Origin: Myxococcota bacterium
GTDB taxonomy: Bacteria > Myxococcota > Myxococcia > Myxococcales > Myxococcaceae
DNA length: 64,000 bases
Reading direction: 5' to 3'
NCBI GenBank assembly: GCA_049322255.1
Contig: JBMORE010000149.1
Coordinates: 1-64,000, forward strand
Shown: in pieces, positions 17,951 to 28,845 of the stretch
Layout of the letters: every line of letters starts with the position of its first letter
How positions within the stretch are numbered: the first letter of the stretch is position 1
Notes under the pieces: model-generated
What the model was told of the DNA's origin: nothing
The model's input: only the letters and a program-made list of their open reading frames with translations
The model's database searches: none
Program-made: the position numbers and the translations under genes

Positions 17951-19462
17951 ATGGCAGACGAGGGCTCGAAGGAGCAGGAGCTGTACGCGCAGCGCCTGGA
18001 GAAGGCGCACAAGTGGCGCGAAAAGGGAGTCAACCCCTGGGGCAATGGCTACCGGCCCAAGCACCGGGTGGCCGACATTCTCTCCAAGCACCAGAAGGCC
18101 ACCGCGGCCGAGCTCGAGGGGGCGCCGCCCGTCTACAACATCGCCGGGCGGGTGGTGGAGAACCGCTCCTTCGGGAAGCTCTCCTTCCTGCGCCTGCGAG
18201 ACCGCAGTGGGCAGATCCAGGTGATGATCAAGAAGGACACCCTGGGCGAGGCGCACGAGCTCTACAAGCTCACCGACGTGGGTGACTTCATCGGCGTGGA
18301 GGGACCGCTCATGGTGACCAAGACCGGCGAGCTCACCCTCGTCGCCCAGCGCTACACTCCGCTCACCAAGGCCCTGCGCCCCTTGCCCGAGAAGTGGCAC
18401 GGGCTCACCGACACCGAGGTGCGCTACCGGCAGCGCTACTTGGACCTGGTGGCGAACCCTGAGGTGAAGGGGGCCTTCGTCAAGCGCACCAAGCTGGTGC
18501 AGTTCATTCGCCGCTTCCTCGACGATCGCGACTTCGTCGAGGTGGAGACACCGATGATGCACCCGTTGGTGTCTGGCGCCGCGGCGCGGCCATTCACCAC
18601 CCACCACAACGCGCTGGACATGCCGCTCTTCATGCGCATTGCCCCTGAGCTGTACTTGAAACGCCTGGTGGTGGGCGGCTTCGAGCGGGTCTACGAAATC
18701 AACCGCAACTTTCGCAACGAAGGCATCAGCACCCGGCACAACCCGGAGTTCACGATGCTCGAGTTCTACCAGGCCTACGCCACCTACGAAGACTTGATGG
18801 ACCTCACCGAAGAGATGCTCAGCGAGGCGGCACAAGTCGTGTGTGGCTCTACCAAGCTCAAGTACGGGGACCACGAGCTCGACTTCGGCAAGGGGTGGAA
18901 GCGCATCCCCATGGCCGAGGCGATTCGCGAGGCGGTGCCTGGCTTGTCGGACAAGGACCTCGCCGACCCCGACCGGCTGCGGGCCGAGCTGCTCAAGATG
19001 CCCCACGGCGACGCCGAGCGGGCGGCCATCGAGCAGATGAACCATGGCGAGCTCGTGGGGGCGCTCTTCGAGGAGCACGTCGAGCACACCCTGACCCATC
19101 CGACGTTCATCACCCAGTTCCCCACCGCGGTCAGCCCCTTGGCCCGCCGCAATGACGCCCGCCCGGAAATGACCGACCGCTTCGAGCTGTTCGTCGCGGG
19201 CCGGGAAATTGCCAACGCCTTTTCCGAGCTCAACGACCCGTTGGACCAAAAGGAGCGCTTCCTCGGCCAGGTCGAGGCCAAGCGGAGGGGTCAGCAAGAA
19301 ACGATGGACTACGACGAGGACTACATTCGAGCCCTGGAGCACGGCATGCCTCCCACCGCGGGAGAAGGCATCGGCATCGACCGGTTGGCCATGCTCTTCA
19401 CCGACGCGCCATCGATTCGCGACGTCATCCTTTTCCCGCTGCTCAAGCCCCTGGGACGGTAA
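17951..19462 (+). CDS. lysS: Lysine--tRNA ligase (class II)
   Basis: [47 protein letters not shown]. Confidence 0.98.
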   Translation: MADEGSKEQELYAQRLEKAHKWREKGVNPWGNGYRPKHRVADILSKHQKATAAELEGAPPVYNIAGRVVENRSFGKLSFLRLRDRSGQIQVMIKKDTLGEAHELYKLTDVGDFIGVEGPLMVTKTGELTLVAQRYTPLTKALRPLPEKWHGLTDTEVRYRQRYLDLVANPEVKGAFVKRTKLVQFIRRFLDDRDFVEVETPMMHPLVSGAAARPFTTHHNALDMPLFMRIAPELYLKRLVVGGFERVYEINRNFRNEGISTRHNPEFTMLEFYQAYATYEDLMDLTEEMLSEAAQVVCGSTKLKYGDHELDFGKGWKRIPMAEAIREAVPGLSDKDLADPDRLRAELLKMPHGDAERAAIEQMNHGELVGALFEEHVEHTLTHPTFITQFPTAVSPLARRNDARPEMTDRFELFVAGREIANAFSELNDPLDQKERFLGQVEAKRRGQQETMDYDEDYIRALEHGMPPTAGEGIGIDRLAMLFTDAPSIRDVILFPLLKPLGR

Positions 19463-19471
19463 TCGCTGACC

Positions 19472-21850
19472 GTGGCCGCCCCGGAACGCCAGACGGTCTA
19501 CAAGTGGGGCCCGCTCTGGGGCGGAGGGGTGCTCCTTGTCGTAGGGGCGGCATTTTTCGGGGTCGCTCTCACCCTGGCCCGTGCCTGGCCGCTGGTATCG
19601 AGCGAGCTGGCTCTCTTGGCGTTCGGCTGGGGCAGCTTCGTCGAGCTGGTGACCGCATCGGTGGTCGCGCTCTTTCGCTCCCAGGTGGCGGAGGTGCTTT
19701 TCGCCACCGTCGGAGTGCCGATGAAGGGCGTGGGCACGGTCGTCTGGGCGTGCGCCGGGCTGGGAACGCTCTTCTGGCTGGGCGGGTGGGCACTCATCGC
19801 CTTCGTGGGCATCCGTCACGTCGACGTCGGCGAAGCACCCAGCCCGGCCGCAGGCGCGCCGCTCTACCCTCGGTTGGCGAGCTACCGCGACTTCTACTGG
19901 CGCACGTTGGCGGCGTACGGCGGAGGCATTCTCGGCGCCGAGCTGGGCTTCATCTTTCTCTACACCCTCCTGGTGGCCAGCGAAGGGGAGAGCGGTGGCT
20001 TTGCTCCCCCGCTGGCCTTCGTGATGGCGCTCTTCGTTGCCTTCGCCATCGCCTTCGCGGGGGGCTTCGTCGGGGCCACCCGGGCGCGGCGCATGTCCGC
20101 TCCCGAGTCGACCATCGCCATCATCTACTTCGGCTTGCCGGTGCCGATCGTGCTCGGGCTGATGCACTCGGTGCCGCAGCTCTCTTTGTCGTTGGGTTAC
20201 CGCCTGCGCGAGGTGAGCTACCTGGCAGGGCTCTTGGGCCGACCCGAAATGGGGTACTGGCTGGTCTTCGCCGGCTTGGTGCTGATGCTCTTCTTGGGCA
20301 TCACCAGTGGTTTTGTCGCCACCTCCAGCGGTCGGGTGGACTTGCGCGCTGGCTTCGAGCTCTTCGTCGCCTCGCGCCACGTGCACATCTTCCGTCCCTC
20401 GCTCTTGCTGGGCGCATTCGCAGTGCTCATCTTCGGCATCCTCCCGCCGCTGCTCATCTACGCCATCCTCCACGCCGCCCAGGCCGCGGTAGAGCGCACG
20501 CGTATTCGCGCCCTGGGCCTCCAAGATCCGCTGCAGGCCACCAAGGCGCTGCACCAGCTCAAGGAAAAGGAGCAGAGCCCCACCGCGATGATGACCGCGC
20601 TCTCGGTGGGCGGGGTGGGCGTGGGGGTGATGGCGCTCATCATCGTCTTGTCGGTGATGAGCGGCTTCGAGCTCGACTTGCAGAAGAAAATCCTCGGGAC
20701 CAACGCCCACGGGGTGGTGCTCAAGTACTCCGACTCGATGCCCGAGTACGCCGAGGTGATGGACAAGGTGAGGCAGGTGCGGGGCGTCACCGGCGTCACT
20801 CCCTTCATCCATGGTGAAGTGATGGTGTCGTCGGAGGGGAACATCTCCGGTGCTCTGATCAAGGGCATCGACCCTTCCAGCGTGGGCGAGGTGACCGACC
20901 TGCCCAGCAACATGGTGAAAGGCTCCCTCGAGGCGCTGGCCGACCCGGAGAAGATCGAGGCCCACCGCATCGCTCCACAGGGCGGAGCAGTGGTCGACGA
21001 GCGCCCGGCCGACCCCCTCATCGAGCTTCCCGAAGGGGAGGATGAGATGGCGAAGACGCTCCCGGGCATCGTGTTCGGCCGGGAGATGGCTCAGAGCCTC
21101 AAAGTCGTGGTGGGAGACCGCGTGAACGTCGTCTCTCCGCTGGGCGGAGAGCTGGGGCCGCAGGGGCCGATGCCCAAGAGCCGTCCCTTTCGCGTCGCCG
21201 GCATCTTCTACTCGGGGATGTTCGAGTACGACTCGAAGATGGTCTACATCGCGCTCGAGGAGGCGCAGTCTTTCTTTGGTATCAAGGGGGCGACCGGCAT
21301 CGAGCTCAAGGTCGCCGACATCGACGACGCCCGCCGCATCACCAAGGCGGTGCACGACAAGCTGGACGGCTACCCTTACCGCACCAAGGACTGGGGCGAG
21401 ATGAACCGCAACCTCTTCTCCGCGCTGCGGCTGGAGAAGCTGGTGATGGCGATCATCCTTTCCTGGATCGTCATCGTCGCTGGGGGGTTGATCGTCGCCA
21501 CCGTCATCATGCTGGTGCTAGAGAAGCGCAAAGAAATCTCGGTGCTCAAGGCGTTGGGGGTCCCCGACGGCGGCATCGTGAAAATCTTCCTCGCCGAGGG
21601 CTTGCAGATCGGCGTTGCCGGCGGCGTTCTGGGACTGTTCGCCGGGCTGGCCTGGTGCCTCTTCATCGAGAAGGTGGGCATCAAGCTCGACCCTGAGGTC
21701 TATTACATCCCTGCGCTGCCGGTGCGCATCGAGTGGGCGCAGACGGCGATCGCGGTGGTGATCGCCATTCTGGTGACATTCCTGGCGTCCATCTACCCGG
21801 CGCTCAAGGCCTCGCGGGTCGAGCCGGTCGACGGCTTGAAGGCGGAGTGA
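19472..21850 (+). CDS. LolC/E-family lipoprotein-releasing ABC permease with large N-terminal membrane extension
   Basis: SVGGVGVGVMALIIVLSVMSGF, periplasmic MacB-like domain, EKRKEISVLKALG, YPALKAS; directly upstream of lolD. Confidence 0.88.
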   Translation: MAAPERQTVYKWGPLWGGGVLLVVGAAFFGVALTLARAWPLVSSELALLAFGWGSFVELVTASVVALFRSQVAEVLFATVGVPMKGVGTVVWACAGLGTLFWLGGWALIAFVGIRHVDVGEAPSPAAGAPLYPRLASYRDFYWRTLAAYGGGILGAELGFIFLYTLLVASEGESGGFAPPLAFVMALFVAFAIAFAGGFVGATRARRMSAPESTIAIIYFGLPVPIVLGLMHSVPQLSLSLGYRLREVSYLAGLLGRPEMGYWLVFAGLVLMLFLGITSGFVATSSGRVDLRAGFELFVASRHVHIFRPSLLLGAFAVLIFGILPPLLIYAILHAAQAAVERTRIRALGLQDPLQATKALHQLKEKEQSPTAMMTALSVGGVGVGVMALIIVLSVMSGFELDLQKKILGTNAHGVVLKYSDSMPEYAEVMDKVRQVRGVTGVTPFIHGEVMVSSEGNISGALIKGIDPSSVGEVTDLPSNMVKGSLEALADPEKIEAHRIAPQGGAVVDERPADPLIELPEGEDEMAKTLPGIVFGREMAQSLKVVVGDRVNVVSPLGGELGPQGPMPKSRPFRVAGIFYSGMFEYDSKMVYIALEEAQSFFGIKGATGIELKVADIDDARRITKAVHDKLDGYPYRTKDWGEMNRNLFSALRLEKLVMAIILSWIVIVAGGLIVATVIMLVLEKRKEISVLKALGVPDGGIVKIFLAEGLQIGVAGGVLGLFAGLAWCLFIEKVGIKLDPEVYYIPALPVRIEWAQTAIAVVIAILVTFLASIYPALKASRVEPVDGLKAE

Positions 21851-21853
21851 CCC

Positions 21854-22540
21854 ATGGCCTTCCTGTCCATCCACCAGGTCTTCAAGAGCTACTTCCTCCA
21901 CGGCAAACGCATCGACGTGCTTCGCGGGGTGTCGCTCGAGATTCAACAAGGCGAGCTGGTGTCGCTCATCGGAGCCTCCGGCGCGGGGAAGAGCACCTTT
22001 CTCCACGTCTTGGGCACCCTCGATGCCCCTGCCGCGGGGACGATGCATTTCAAGGGGCGGGCGGTGTTCGAGATGAACGATGCCGAGCTGGCCGAGTTCC
22101 GTAACCGGGTCATCGGCTTCGTCTTCCAAAGCCACTACCTCTTGCCCGAGTTCACCGCGCTGGAGAACGTGGCGATGCCGGCGCTCATCCAGCGGGTGGA
22201 CACCGCGGTGGCGCTGAAGCGGGCGCGGGCGCTCTTGGAGCGGGTGGGGCTGGGTGCCCGGGTCGACCACAAACCCGGCGAGCTTTCAGGAGGCGAAGCG
22301 CAGCGGGTGGCATTGGCGCGTGCCCTGGTGCTCGAGCCGGCGCTCCTCCTCGCCGACGAGCCCACCGGCAACCTCGACCCCACCACCGGCGAAGGCATTC
22401 ATCAGCTCTTGCGCGAGGTGAACCGCGACCTGGGCATCACCGCGGTGGTGGTCACCCATAACGAAGCCCTGGCCCGCTCGATGCCGCGCCAGCTTCGCTT
22501 GGCGGAAGGGCGGGTGTTCAGCGTCGAGGGGTCGGTGTGA
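21854..22540 (+). CDS. lolD: Lipoprotein-releasing ABC transporter ATPase
   Basis: [33 protein letters not shown]. Confidence 0.93.
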   Translation: MAFLSIHQVFKSYFLHGKRIDVLRGVSLEIQQGELVSLIGASGAGKSTFLHVLGTLDAPAAGTMHFKGRAVFEMNDAELAEFRNRVIGFVFQSHYLLPEFTALENVAMPALIQRVDTAVALKRARALLERVGLGARVDHKPGELSGGEAQRVALARALVLEPALLLADEPTGNLDPTTGEGIHQLLREVNRDLGITAVVVTHNEALARSMPRQLRLAEGRVFSVEGSV

Positions 22541-22562
22541 CTCACTCGACCGCGAAGGTCAC

Positions 22563-24965
22563 TTGGGCGTTGTCCGGGTGTGGCGCTCTCTCCTAGATTC
22601 CGCCTCCTTGCGCGCGCCCCCCTTTCCAGCCTGGGCTGTCCTTCTCCTGCTGATGCCGGGATTCGTATGGGCCCAGGAGGTTCCGCCAGATGCTCCGCTG
22701 GCCGAAGAGTCGAACGAGCGCATCGTCGAGATACGTGTCGAGGGTACCCGGCGGGTCGAGGCCGAGGCCGTCAAACGTGCCTTGCGCAACAAGGAGGGCC
22801 GCGTCTTCGACCCGGCGAAGACCGCCGACGATCTGCGTTCGCTGTGGGCGCTGAGCTACTTTTCCGACATTCAGCTCCTCGTGCAGCGGCTGCCCACGGG
22901 CGGCATCGTCTATGTGGTTCGGGTGGAGGAGCGCCCCGCGGTGCGTGAGGTGCGCCTCTCGGGAAATGAGGAGCTGTCGCGCGAAGATTTGAAAGACGCG
23001 ATCGACATTCGCCCTTTTTCGATCCTCGACCTCGACGTGGTGCGGCGCAACGCCAAGAAGATTCAAGAGAAGTACGTCGAGAAGGGCTTCTTCCTCGCCG
23101 AGGTCACCCACCGCATCGACCCCATCCCCGAGTCCTCCGAGGTCGACGTCGTCTTCGTCATTCGCGAGCACGCGAAGGTGATGGTGAAGGAGATTCGCTT
23201 CCTGGGCGCGGTCAAGGTCGACGCGAGCGAGCTCAAAGACGTGATGGCCACTCGCGAAGGCAGCTACCTTTCCTTCCTCACCAACGAAGGCACGTTCCGG
23301 GAGGAGCTCTTCCAGCGCGATCTGGCGATGGTGCAAGCCGCCTACTACGACCGCGGCTTCATCAACGCCAAGGTGGACAAGCCCCTCGTCTCCATCACCC
23401 CTGACAAGCGCTTCATCTACATCACCCTCAAGGTCGAGGAGGGCGAGCAGTACACCATCGGCAAGCTCGATTTTTCCGGCGAGCTGATCGTCTCCAAAGA
23501 GCGGCTGGGGGAGCTGATGACCTCCCGGGAGGGGGAGCTGTTCAACCGCACCAAGCTCTCCCGCGACATCTTGGCGATCACCGACATCTATTACGACGAT
23601 GGCTACGCTTACGCGAACATCACTCCGGTCACCCAGGTCAACGCCGAGGCGCGCACCATCGACCTGACCTTCGACGTGCAGAAGGGCAAGCAGGTCTTCG
23701 TCGAGCGGATCGACGTCGTCGGCAACACCAAGACGCGCGACACGGTGATTCGCCGCGAGCTGCGCATCTACGAGGGCGAGCTGTTCAGCGGCACCGGCAT
23801 GCGCCGCAGCAAGGACCGCGTCACCGCCTTGGGCTTCTTCGAGACGGTGGACGTTTCGCACAAGCCGGGCAGCGACCCCCAGCACGTGACGGTACAGGTG
23901 GAGGTGAAAGAGAAGGCCACGGGCACCTTCCAGGTCGGTTTGGGCTTCTCCAACGTGGAGAACTTCATCTTCACCGCGCAGGTCTCCCAGAACAACTTCC
24001 TCGGATGGGGCTGGAGCGTCGCCGCCAGCGCACAGCTGTCGGGGCTGCGCTCCTTCGTGCAGCTGTCTTTCTTCGACCCGCACTTTTTCGATACCAACTA
24101 CATCTTCTCGCTCGATTTCTTCCGCGTTCAGTCGGACTTCTTCGGCTTCTTACGCAACTCGACCGGCGGCAACTTGAACCTGGGCTACCACGTGCTCGAG
24201 GACGTGATGGTGAACGCCACCTACACCCAGGAGCACGTGCAGGTGGAGCCGGGCTCCCAGGGCGAGGACATCACGCTGGCTGGTCGGTTTCGCAACGGCG
24301 TCACCAGTTCGCTGCGGCTCTCGGCTACCTGGGACAAGCGCGACAATCGCCTTTTTCCAAGCAAGGGTTGGATGCTCTACGGGTCGACCGAATATGCGCC
24401 CAAGTGGCTCTTCGGCAGCTTCCTCTTCCTGCGTCACTCCGCCTACGCCCGCGGCTACGTTCCGTTGCCCTTCCTAGGCCTCGTTTTCAAGACGAACGCG
24501 ACCTTCGGCCTCGTCCAGCCGCTCGAGGAGGACTCGCTATCCGACTCAGAGAACTACTACTTGGGCGGCATCAACACCGTGCGCGGCTACATCCTGCGCA
24601 CCATCGGGCCGACGGAGGTCATCGGCGAAAAACTGAGCGGCGACGCCGGAACGAAAAAATTCGTCGTTGGCGGCACCAAGCAGGCGATCTTCAACTTCGA
24701 GCTGGAGTTCCCCATCTTCGAGAAGGTCGGTATCCGTGGGGTGGTCTTCTACGACGCCGGCAACGCCTACGGCCCCGACGAGCAGTTCTTCCAGGACAGG
24801 CAGCAGAAACTGCCCTTGGGTCTCTACCACTCGGTGGGCTTCGGCTTCCGCTGGTTCTCGCCCATCGGCCCGCTGAGGTTCGAGTGGGGCATTCCCTTGA
24901 ATACTCCGCCGGACCCCAGCAACCCAGGCGTGCTCTTTGAATTCACGATTGGGAATTTCTTCTAG
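22563..24965 (+). CDS. bamA: Outer membrane protein assembly factor BamA
   Basis: POTRA repeats, GNTKTRDTVIRRE, VRGY in loop 6, SPIGPLRF, terminal FTIGNFF; exact start uncertain. Confidence 0.95.
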   Translation: MGVVRVWRSLLDSASLRAPPFPAWAVLLLLMPGFVWAQEVPPDAPLAEESNERIVEIRVEGTRRVEAEAVKRALRNKEGRVFDPAKTADDLRSLWALSYFSDIQLLVQRLPTGGIVYVVRVEERPAVREVRLSGNEELSREDLKDAIDIRPFSILDLDVVRRNAKKIQEKYVEKGFFLAEVTHRIDPIPESSEVDVVFVIREHAKVMVKEIRFLGAVKVDASELKDVMATREGSYLSFLTNEGTFREELFQRDLAMVQAAYYDRGFINAKVDKPLVSITPDKRFIYITLKVEEGEQYTIGKLDFSGELIVSKERLGELMTSREGELFNRTKLSRDILAITDIYYDDGYAYANITPVTQVNAEARTIDLTFDVQKGKQVFVERIDVVGNTKTRDTVIRRELRIYEGELFSGTGMRRSKDRVTALGFFETVDVSHKPGSDPQHVTVQVEVKEKATGTFQVGLGFSNVENFIFTAQVSQNNFLGWGWSVAASAQLSGLRSFVQLSFFDPHFFDTNYIFSLDFFRVQSDFFGFLRNSTGGNLNLGYHVLEDVMVNATYTQEHVQVEPGSQGEDITLAGRFRNGVTSSLRLSATWDKRDNRLFPSKGWMLYGSTEYAPKWLFGSFLFLRHSAYARGYVPLPFLGLVFKTNATFGLVQPLEEDSLSDSENYYLGGINTVRGYILRTIGPTEVIGEKLSGDAGTKKFVVGGTKQAIFNFELEFPIFEKVGIRGVVFYDAGNAYGPDEQFFQDRQQKLPLGLYHSVGFGFRWFSPIGPLRFEWGIPLNTPPDPSNPGVLFEFTIGNFF

Positions 24966-25007
24966 AGCCGCTACAAGGCCGAAAACTTTTCTGATGTAGG
25001 AGCCAAG

Positions 25008-25565
25008 ATGCCGCACCGAACCGCTTGGATGCTCGCCGCCGTCATGCTGCTCCCGCTGGCCGCCCGCGCCGACGTGAAGCTCGGGTACGTCGATTTGCAG
25101 CGGGCCCTTCTCGAGGTCGACGAGGGCCGCGAGGCGAAGAAGCGCCTGCAAAAGACACTCGACGAGAAGCAAAAGGAGCTCGACCGGGAGCAAGAAGCCC
25201 TGCGCAAGGAGAAGGAAGTTCTCGACAAGCAGGCGAGCATGATGAGCGAGGAGACGCGCATTCAGCGGCAGACGGATCTCCAGAAGAAGCTCTTCGAGCT
25301 CGCGCAGAAGTGGGAGAAGGGGAAGGCCGAGATGGCCACCAAGGAGCGCACCGAGCTGCAGGGCATCTTCCAGAAGATGGACCCGATCATCGCCTCCATC
25401 GCCCAGCGCGAGGGGCTGACGATGGTCTTCGAGAAGACGGACTCGGGCCTGGTCTACGCGCCCGCGCACTTGGACCTCACCAACGAGTTGGTGCGCCTGT
25501 ACAACGACCAGAACAAGGTGAAGAAAGCGGCAGCGGCGCCCAAGAAGGACGCGCCGAAGAAGTAG
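25008..25565 (+). CDS. skp: Periplasmic chaperone Skp/OmpH
   Basis: Signal peptide, KLGYVDLQ, coiled coil, DLTNELV; between bamA and lpxD. Confidence 0.92.
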   Translation: MPHRTAWMLAAVMLLPLAARADVKLGYVDLQRALLEVDEGREAKKRLQKTLDEKQKELDREQEALRKEKEVLDKQASMMSEETRIQRQTDLQKKLFELAQKWEKGKAEMATKERTELQGIFQKMDPIIASIAQREGLTMVFEKTDSGLVYAPAHLDLTNELVRLYNDQNKVKKAAAAPKKDAPKK

Positions 25566-25574
25566 GGCACTTAC

Positions 25575-26615
25575 GTGGCGCACGAGAAAGCCCTATCCGA
25601 GCTCGCCGCCCACGTGGGGGGCGAGGTGCTCGGCGATGGCACGCTGCGCATCCGCGGCGTGAACGGGTTGGCCGAGGCCGGGCCGGGAGAAATTTCCTTC
25701 TACGGCAACGCGCGCTACCGCCGGGAGCTGTTGGCCACCAAAGCCAGTGCGGTCTTGGTCGGTGGCGATACGCCCGCCCGCAACGGAGTGACCTACGTCC
25801 GTGTCGCCAATCCCCACTTGGCATTCGCCAAGGTGTCGGCGCTCCTCCATCCCACCGTCCGCCCCGCCCCCGGCCGCTCGAACGCTGCGACCCTCCACCC
25901 CGAGGCGAGCGTGCACCCAGAAGCAACGGTGATGGCCAACGCGGTGGTGGAGCGCGGCGCCGTGGTGGGTGCGCGCACGGTGCTCTACCCGGGGGTCTAC
26001 GTCGGCGAGCATGCCCGCGTCGGCGAGGACTGCGTGCTCTACCCCAACGCGGTGGTGGGTGAGCGCTGTCAGGTGGGGGCGCGCGTGGTGCTGCACGCCG
26101 GGGTGGTGATCGGCGCTGATGGCTTCGGCTTCGCCTTCGACCCCGAGATCCCCGAGCACTTCAAGATTCCCCAAGCCGGCATCGTCCGCGTGGAGGATGA
26201 CGTGGAGATTGGCGCCAACAGTTGCGTCGATCGCGCCACCGTGGGCGAGACCGTCATCGGCAAGGGCTCGAAGATCGACAACCTTGTGCAGATCGCCCAC
26301 AACGTGAAAATCGGCCCGCTGTCGATCTTGTGCGCGCAGGTGGGGGTGAGCGGTTCGGCCGAGCTGGGCACTGGCGTGGTGCTGGCGGGGCAGGTGGGGG
26401 TGGTGGGGCACATTCGCATCGGCGATCTCGCCAAGGTGGGTGCGCAGGCCGGCGTCGCTCAGGAGGTGCCCGACGGCGCCATGGTCACCGGATATCCAGC
26501 GATCGAGCACAAGCGGTGGCTGCGCAACACCGCCGCCGCCGAGAAGCTCGCCGACCTGGTCAAGGAGGTGCGGCAGTTACGCAAGCGCCTCGACGCTCTG
26601 GAGGGGAAGCGATGA
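25575..26615 (+). CDS. lpxD: UDP-3-O-acylglucosamine N-acyltransferase
   Basis: Hexapeptide repeats, [24 protein letters not shown]. Confidence 0.96.
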   Translation: MAHEKALSELAAHVGGEVLGDGTLRIRGVNGLAEAGPGEISFYGNARYRRELLATKASAVLVGGDTPARNGVTYVRVANPHLAFAKVSALLHPTVRPAPGRSNAATLHPEASVHPEATVMANAVVERGAVVGARTVLYPGVYVGEHARVGEDCVLYPNAVVGERCQVGARVVLHAGVVIGADGFGFAFDPEIPEHFKIPQAGIVRVEDDVEIGANSCVDRATVGETVIGKGSKIDNLVQIAHNVKIGPLSILCAQVGVSGSAELGTGVVLAGQVGVVGHIRIGDLAKVGAQAGVAQEVPDGAMVTGYPAIEHKRWLRNTAAAEKLADLVKEVRQLRKRLDALEGKR

Positions 26616-27070
26616 TGGACCACATGGAGATCCAAAACCTCCTGCCGCACCGCTACCCGTTCTTGTTGGTCGACCGGGTGATCGAGCTAGTACCCAACCA
26701 GAAGCTGGTCGCGCTCAAGAACGTCACTGTGAACGAGCCGTTCTTCCAGGGGCACTTCCCCGGCCACCCGGTGATGCCAGGTGTCTTGGTGCTCGAGGCG
26801 CTGGCGCAGGGCTGCGCTCTCCTCGCCTACAAGAGCATGGGAGTGGACCCGAAAGAAAAGGTCACCTACCTGATGGGCATCGATGGCGCGCGCTTTCGTA
26901 AGCCGGTGGTGCCCGGAGACCGCTTGCAGCTCGAGGTCGAGGTGGTGAAGCAAAAGGGCGCTATTTGGAAGATGAAGGGGGTGGCGCTGGTGGACGGCGT
27001 GAAGGTCTCGGAGGCCGAGTTCCTCGCCACCGTCGTCGACAAGGGCTCCTCGGTGAGCGCGGAAGGTTAG
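26612..27070 (+). CDS. fabZ: 3-hydroxyacyl-ACP dehydratase FabZ
   Basis: [42 protein letters not shown]. Confidence 0.97.
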   Translation: MMDHMEIQNLLPHRYPFLLVDRVIELVPNQKLVALKNVTVNEPFFQGHFPGHPVMPGVLVLEALAQGCALLAYKSMGVDPKEKVTYLMGIDGARFRKPVVPGDRLQLEVEVVKQKGAIWKMKGVALVDGVKVSEAEFLATVVDKGSSVSAEG

Positions 27071-27078
27071 GAGGCGAG

Positions 27079-27855
27079 ATGGGCAAGGTTCATTCCACCG
27101 CGGTGGTTCACCCCGAGGCGAAGCTGCACGAGACGGTTGAGGTGGGCCCGTTCGCGGTGATTGGCCCCAAAGTGAAGGTGGGCGCCGACACCAAGGTGGG
27201 CCCGCACGCGGTCATCGAAGGTGACACCACGATCGGCGAGCGCAACCGGGTGTTTCAGTTCGCTTCGGTGGGTGCGATTCCCCAAGACCTCAAGTACGCC
27301 GGGGAGGACACGCAGTTGGTCATCGGCAACGACAACACCATTCGCGAGTTCGCCACTCTGCACATCGGCACCGCGGGTGGAGGAGGCGTCACCCGCATCG
27401 GCAACGGCAACCTCTTCATGGCTTACAGCCACGTCGCCCATGACTGCGTGGTGGGTAACGGGTGCATTCTCGCCAACAGCGCCGCGCTCGCCGGGCACGT
27501 CGAGGTGGGAGACCACGTCATCCTGGGGGGGCTGTCGGCGGTGCACCAGTTCACTCGCATCGGCAAGCACGCCTTCATCGCCGGCGGCTCGATGGTGGCG
27601 ATGGACGTTCCGCCGTACTGTACAGCGCAGGGAGACCGTGCCGAGCTCGCCGGGCTCAACACCATCGGGCTCACCCGCCACGGCTTTTCCGAGGATCAGG
27701 TGCGCCGGGTGAAAGACGCGTACAAGATTCTCTTCCGTTCCAAGCTCGGGCTGAATGAGGCGCTCTCCAAACTGCGGGCCGAGCACGGGGGGCACCCGGA
27801 AATCGAGCTCCTCCTCGACTTCGTCGCCAGCTCGAAGCGGGGCATCACCAGATAG
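27079..27855 (+). CDS. lpxA: UDP-N-acetylglucosamine acyltransferase
   Basis: PQDLKY, HVAHDC, LAGHV, VHQF; ATG 27079 after GGAGG. Confidence 0.97.
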   Translation: MGKVHSTAVVHPEAKLHETVEVGPFAVIGPKVKVGADTKVGPHAVIEGDTTIGERNRVFQFASVGAIPQDLKYAGEDTQLVIGNDNTIREFATLHIGTAGGGGVTRIGNGNLFMAYSHVAHDCVVGNGCILANSAALAGHVEVGDHVILGGLSAVHQFTRIGKHAFIAGGSMVAMDVPPYCTAQGDRAELAGLNTIGLTRHGFSEDQVRRVKDAYKILFRSKLGLNEALSKLRAEHGGHPEIELLLDFVASSKRGITR

Positions 27856-27862
27856 AAAGACT

Positions 27863-27894
27863 CCCTCTCCCCCCGGGAGAGGGCAGGGTGAGGG
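27863..27894 (+). repeat. REP-like hairpin repeat, copy 1
   Basis: CCCTCTCCC-CCC-GGGAGAGGG-CA-GGGTGAGGG, intergenic between lpxA and lpxI. Confidence 0.75.
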
Positions 27895-27907
27895 AACGAA
27901 CCGACGC

Positions 27908-28729
27908 ATGGAAGCCATCGGCCTCATCGCCGGCAACGGCCGGCTCCCGTTTCTCTTTGCCGAAGCGGCGAAGGAGCAGGGGCTTCGTGTCGTCGCCGTC
28001 GCCCACCGGGGCGAGACCGACCCTGCGCTCGAAGGCGTCGTCGCGTCCCTGACCTGGGTGCGTGTCGGCCAGGTCAACCGCATCGTGAACGCGTTGCGTG
28101 CGGCGGGGGTCGATCGCGCGGTGATGGCTGGAGGCATCGGCCGGGTGCGCGCCCTCACCGAGGCCCGGCCCGACTTGGGCGCCCTCAAGCTCGTCGCCCG
28201 GGTGCGTAGCTTTCGCGACGACGCGTTGCTTCGGGCGGTGGCCGAGTTGTTCGCCGACGAGGGCATCTCCATCGTCGCGCCCACCGATTTCCTCCAGCGC
28301 CTGCTCACTCCGCGCGGACACCTCGCCGGCCCTCCGCTCGACGCCGCGGCGGAAAAGGACATTTCCCTGGGCATCGAGGTCGCCACCGCGCTGGGCGTCG
28401 CCGACGTCGGCCAGACGGTGGTGGTTCGGCTGGGGCACGTGCTCGCGCTCGAGGCGGTCGAAGGCACCGACGAGGCGATTCGCCGCGGCGGGCGCTTGGG
28501 TGGCAAAGGTGCCGTGGTGGTCAAGCTGTGCAAGATGGGCCAAGACGAGCGGTTCGATTTGCCCGCCGTGGGCGTGGCGACGCTGAAGGTGATGCACGAG
28601 GTGGGAGCGCGGGCCCTCGCCGTCGAAGCGGGCAAGACGATTCTTCTCGACGGGGAGCGCACGTTCGAGGCCGCCCGCCGGTTCGGCGTTTCGGTGGTGG
28701 GGGTGGCACGCGGGGTGAAGAAGCCGTAG
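27908..28729 (+). CDS. lpxI: UDP-2,3-diacylglucosamine diphosphatase LpxI
   Basis: IGLIAGNGRLP, DVGQTVVV, EAVEGTD, QDERFDLPAVG; follows lpxA. Confidence 0.93.
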   Translation: MEAIGLIAGNGRLPFLFAEAAKEQGLRVVAVAHRGETDPALEGVVASLTWVRVGQVNRIVNALRAAGVDRAVMAGGIGRVRALTEARPDLGALKLVARVRSFRDDALLRAVAELFADEGISIVAPTDFLQRLLTPRGHLAGPPLDAAAEKDISLGIEVATALGVADVGQTVVVRLGHVLALEAVEGTDEAIRRGGRLGGKGAVVVKLCKMGQDERFDLPAVGVATLKVMHEVGARALAVEAGKTILLDGERTFEAARRFGVSVVGVARGVKKP

Positions 28730-28782
28730 GCCTTGGGTTCTCGTTCGCTGTGCTGTCGAGCGAACGAGGCCTCGTATTGGCC

Positions 28783-28797
28783 TGGCGACCAATTCGC
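28783..28797 (+). promoter_or_regulatory. Putative sigma54 -24/-12 promoter
   Basis: TGGCGACCAATTCGC is GG-N10-GC, 48 nt upstream of ATG 28846. Confidence 0.4.
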
Positions 28798-28845
28798 GCC
28801 CGATCGGCCAGGCCCATCTTCTCTACCGAACGAAGGAGGTCTGCG

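Noticed and set aside
17936..21355. 1139-aa minus-strand ORF
   Set aside because: Antisense shadow of lysS and lolC/E; long stop-free antisense frames are expected with high GC3, and it has no recognisable motifs.
27908..28729. lpxI instead of lpxH as a novelty
   Set aside because: LpxI next to lpxA is an established alternative in many Gram-negative lineages.
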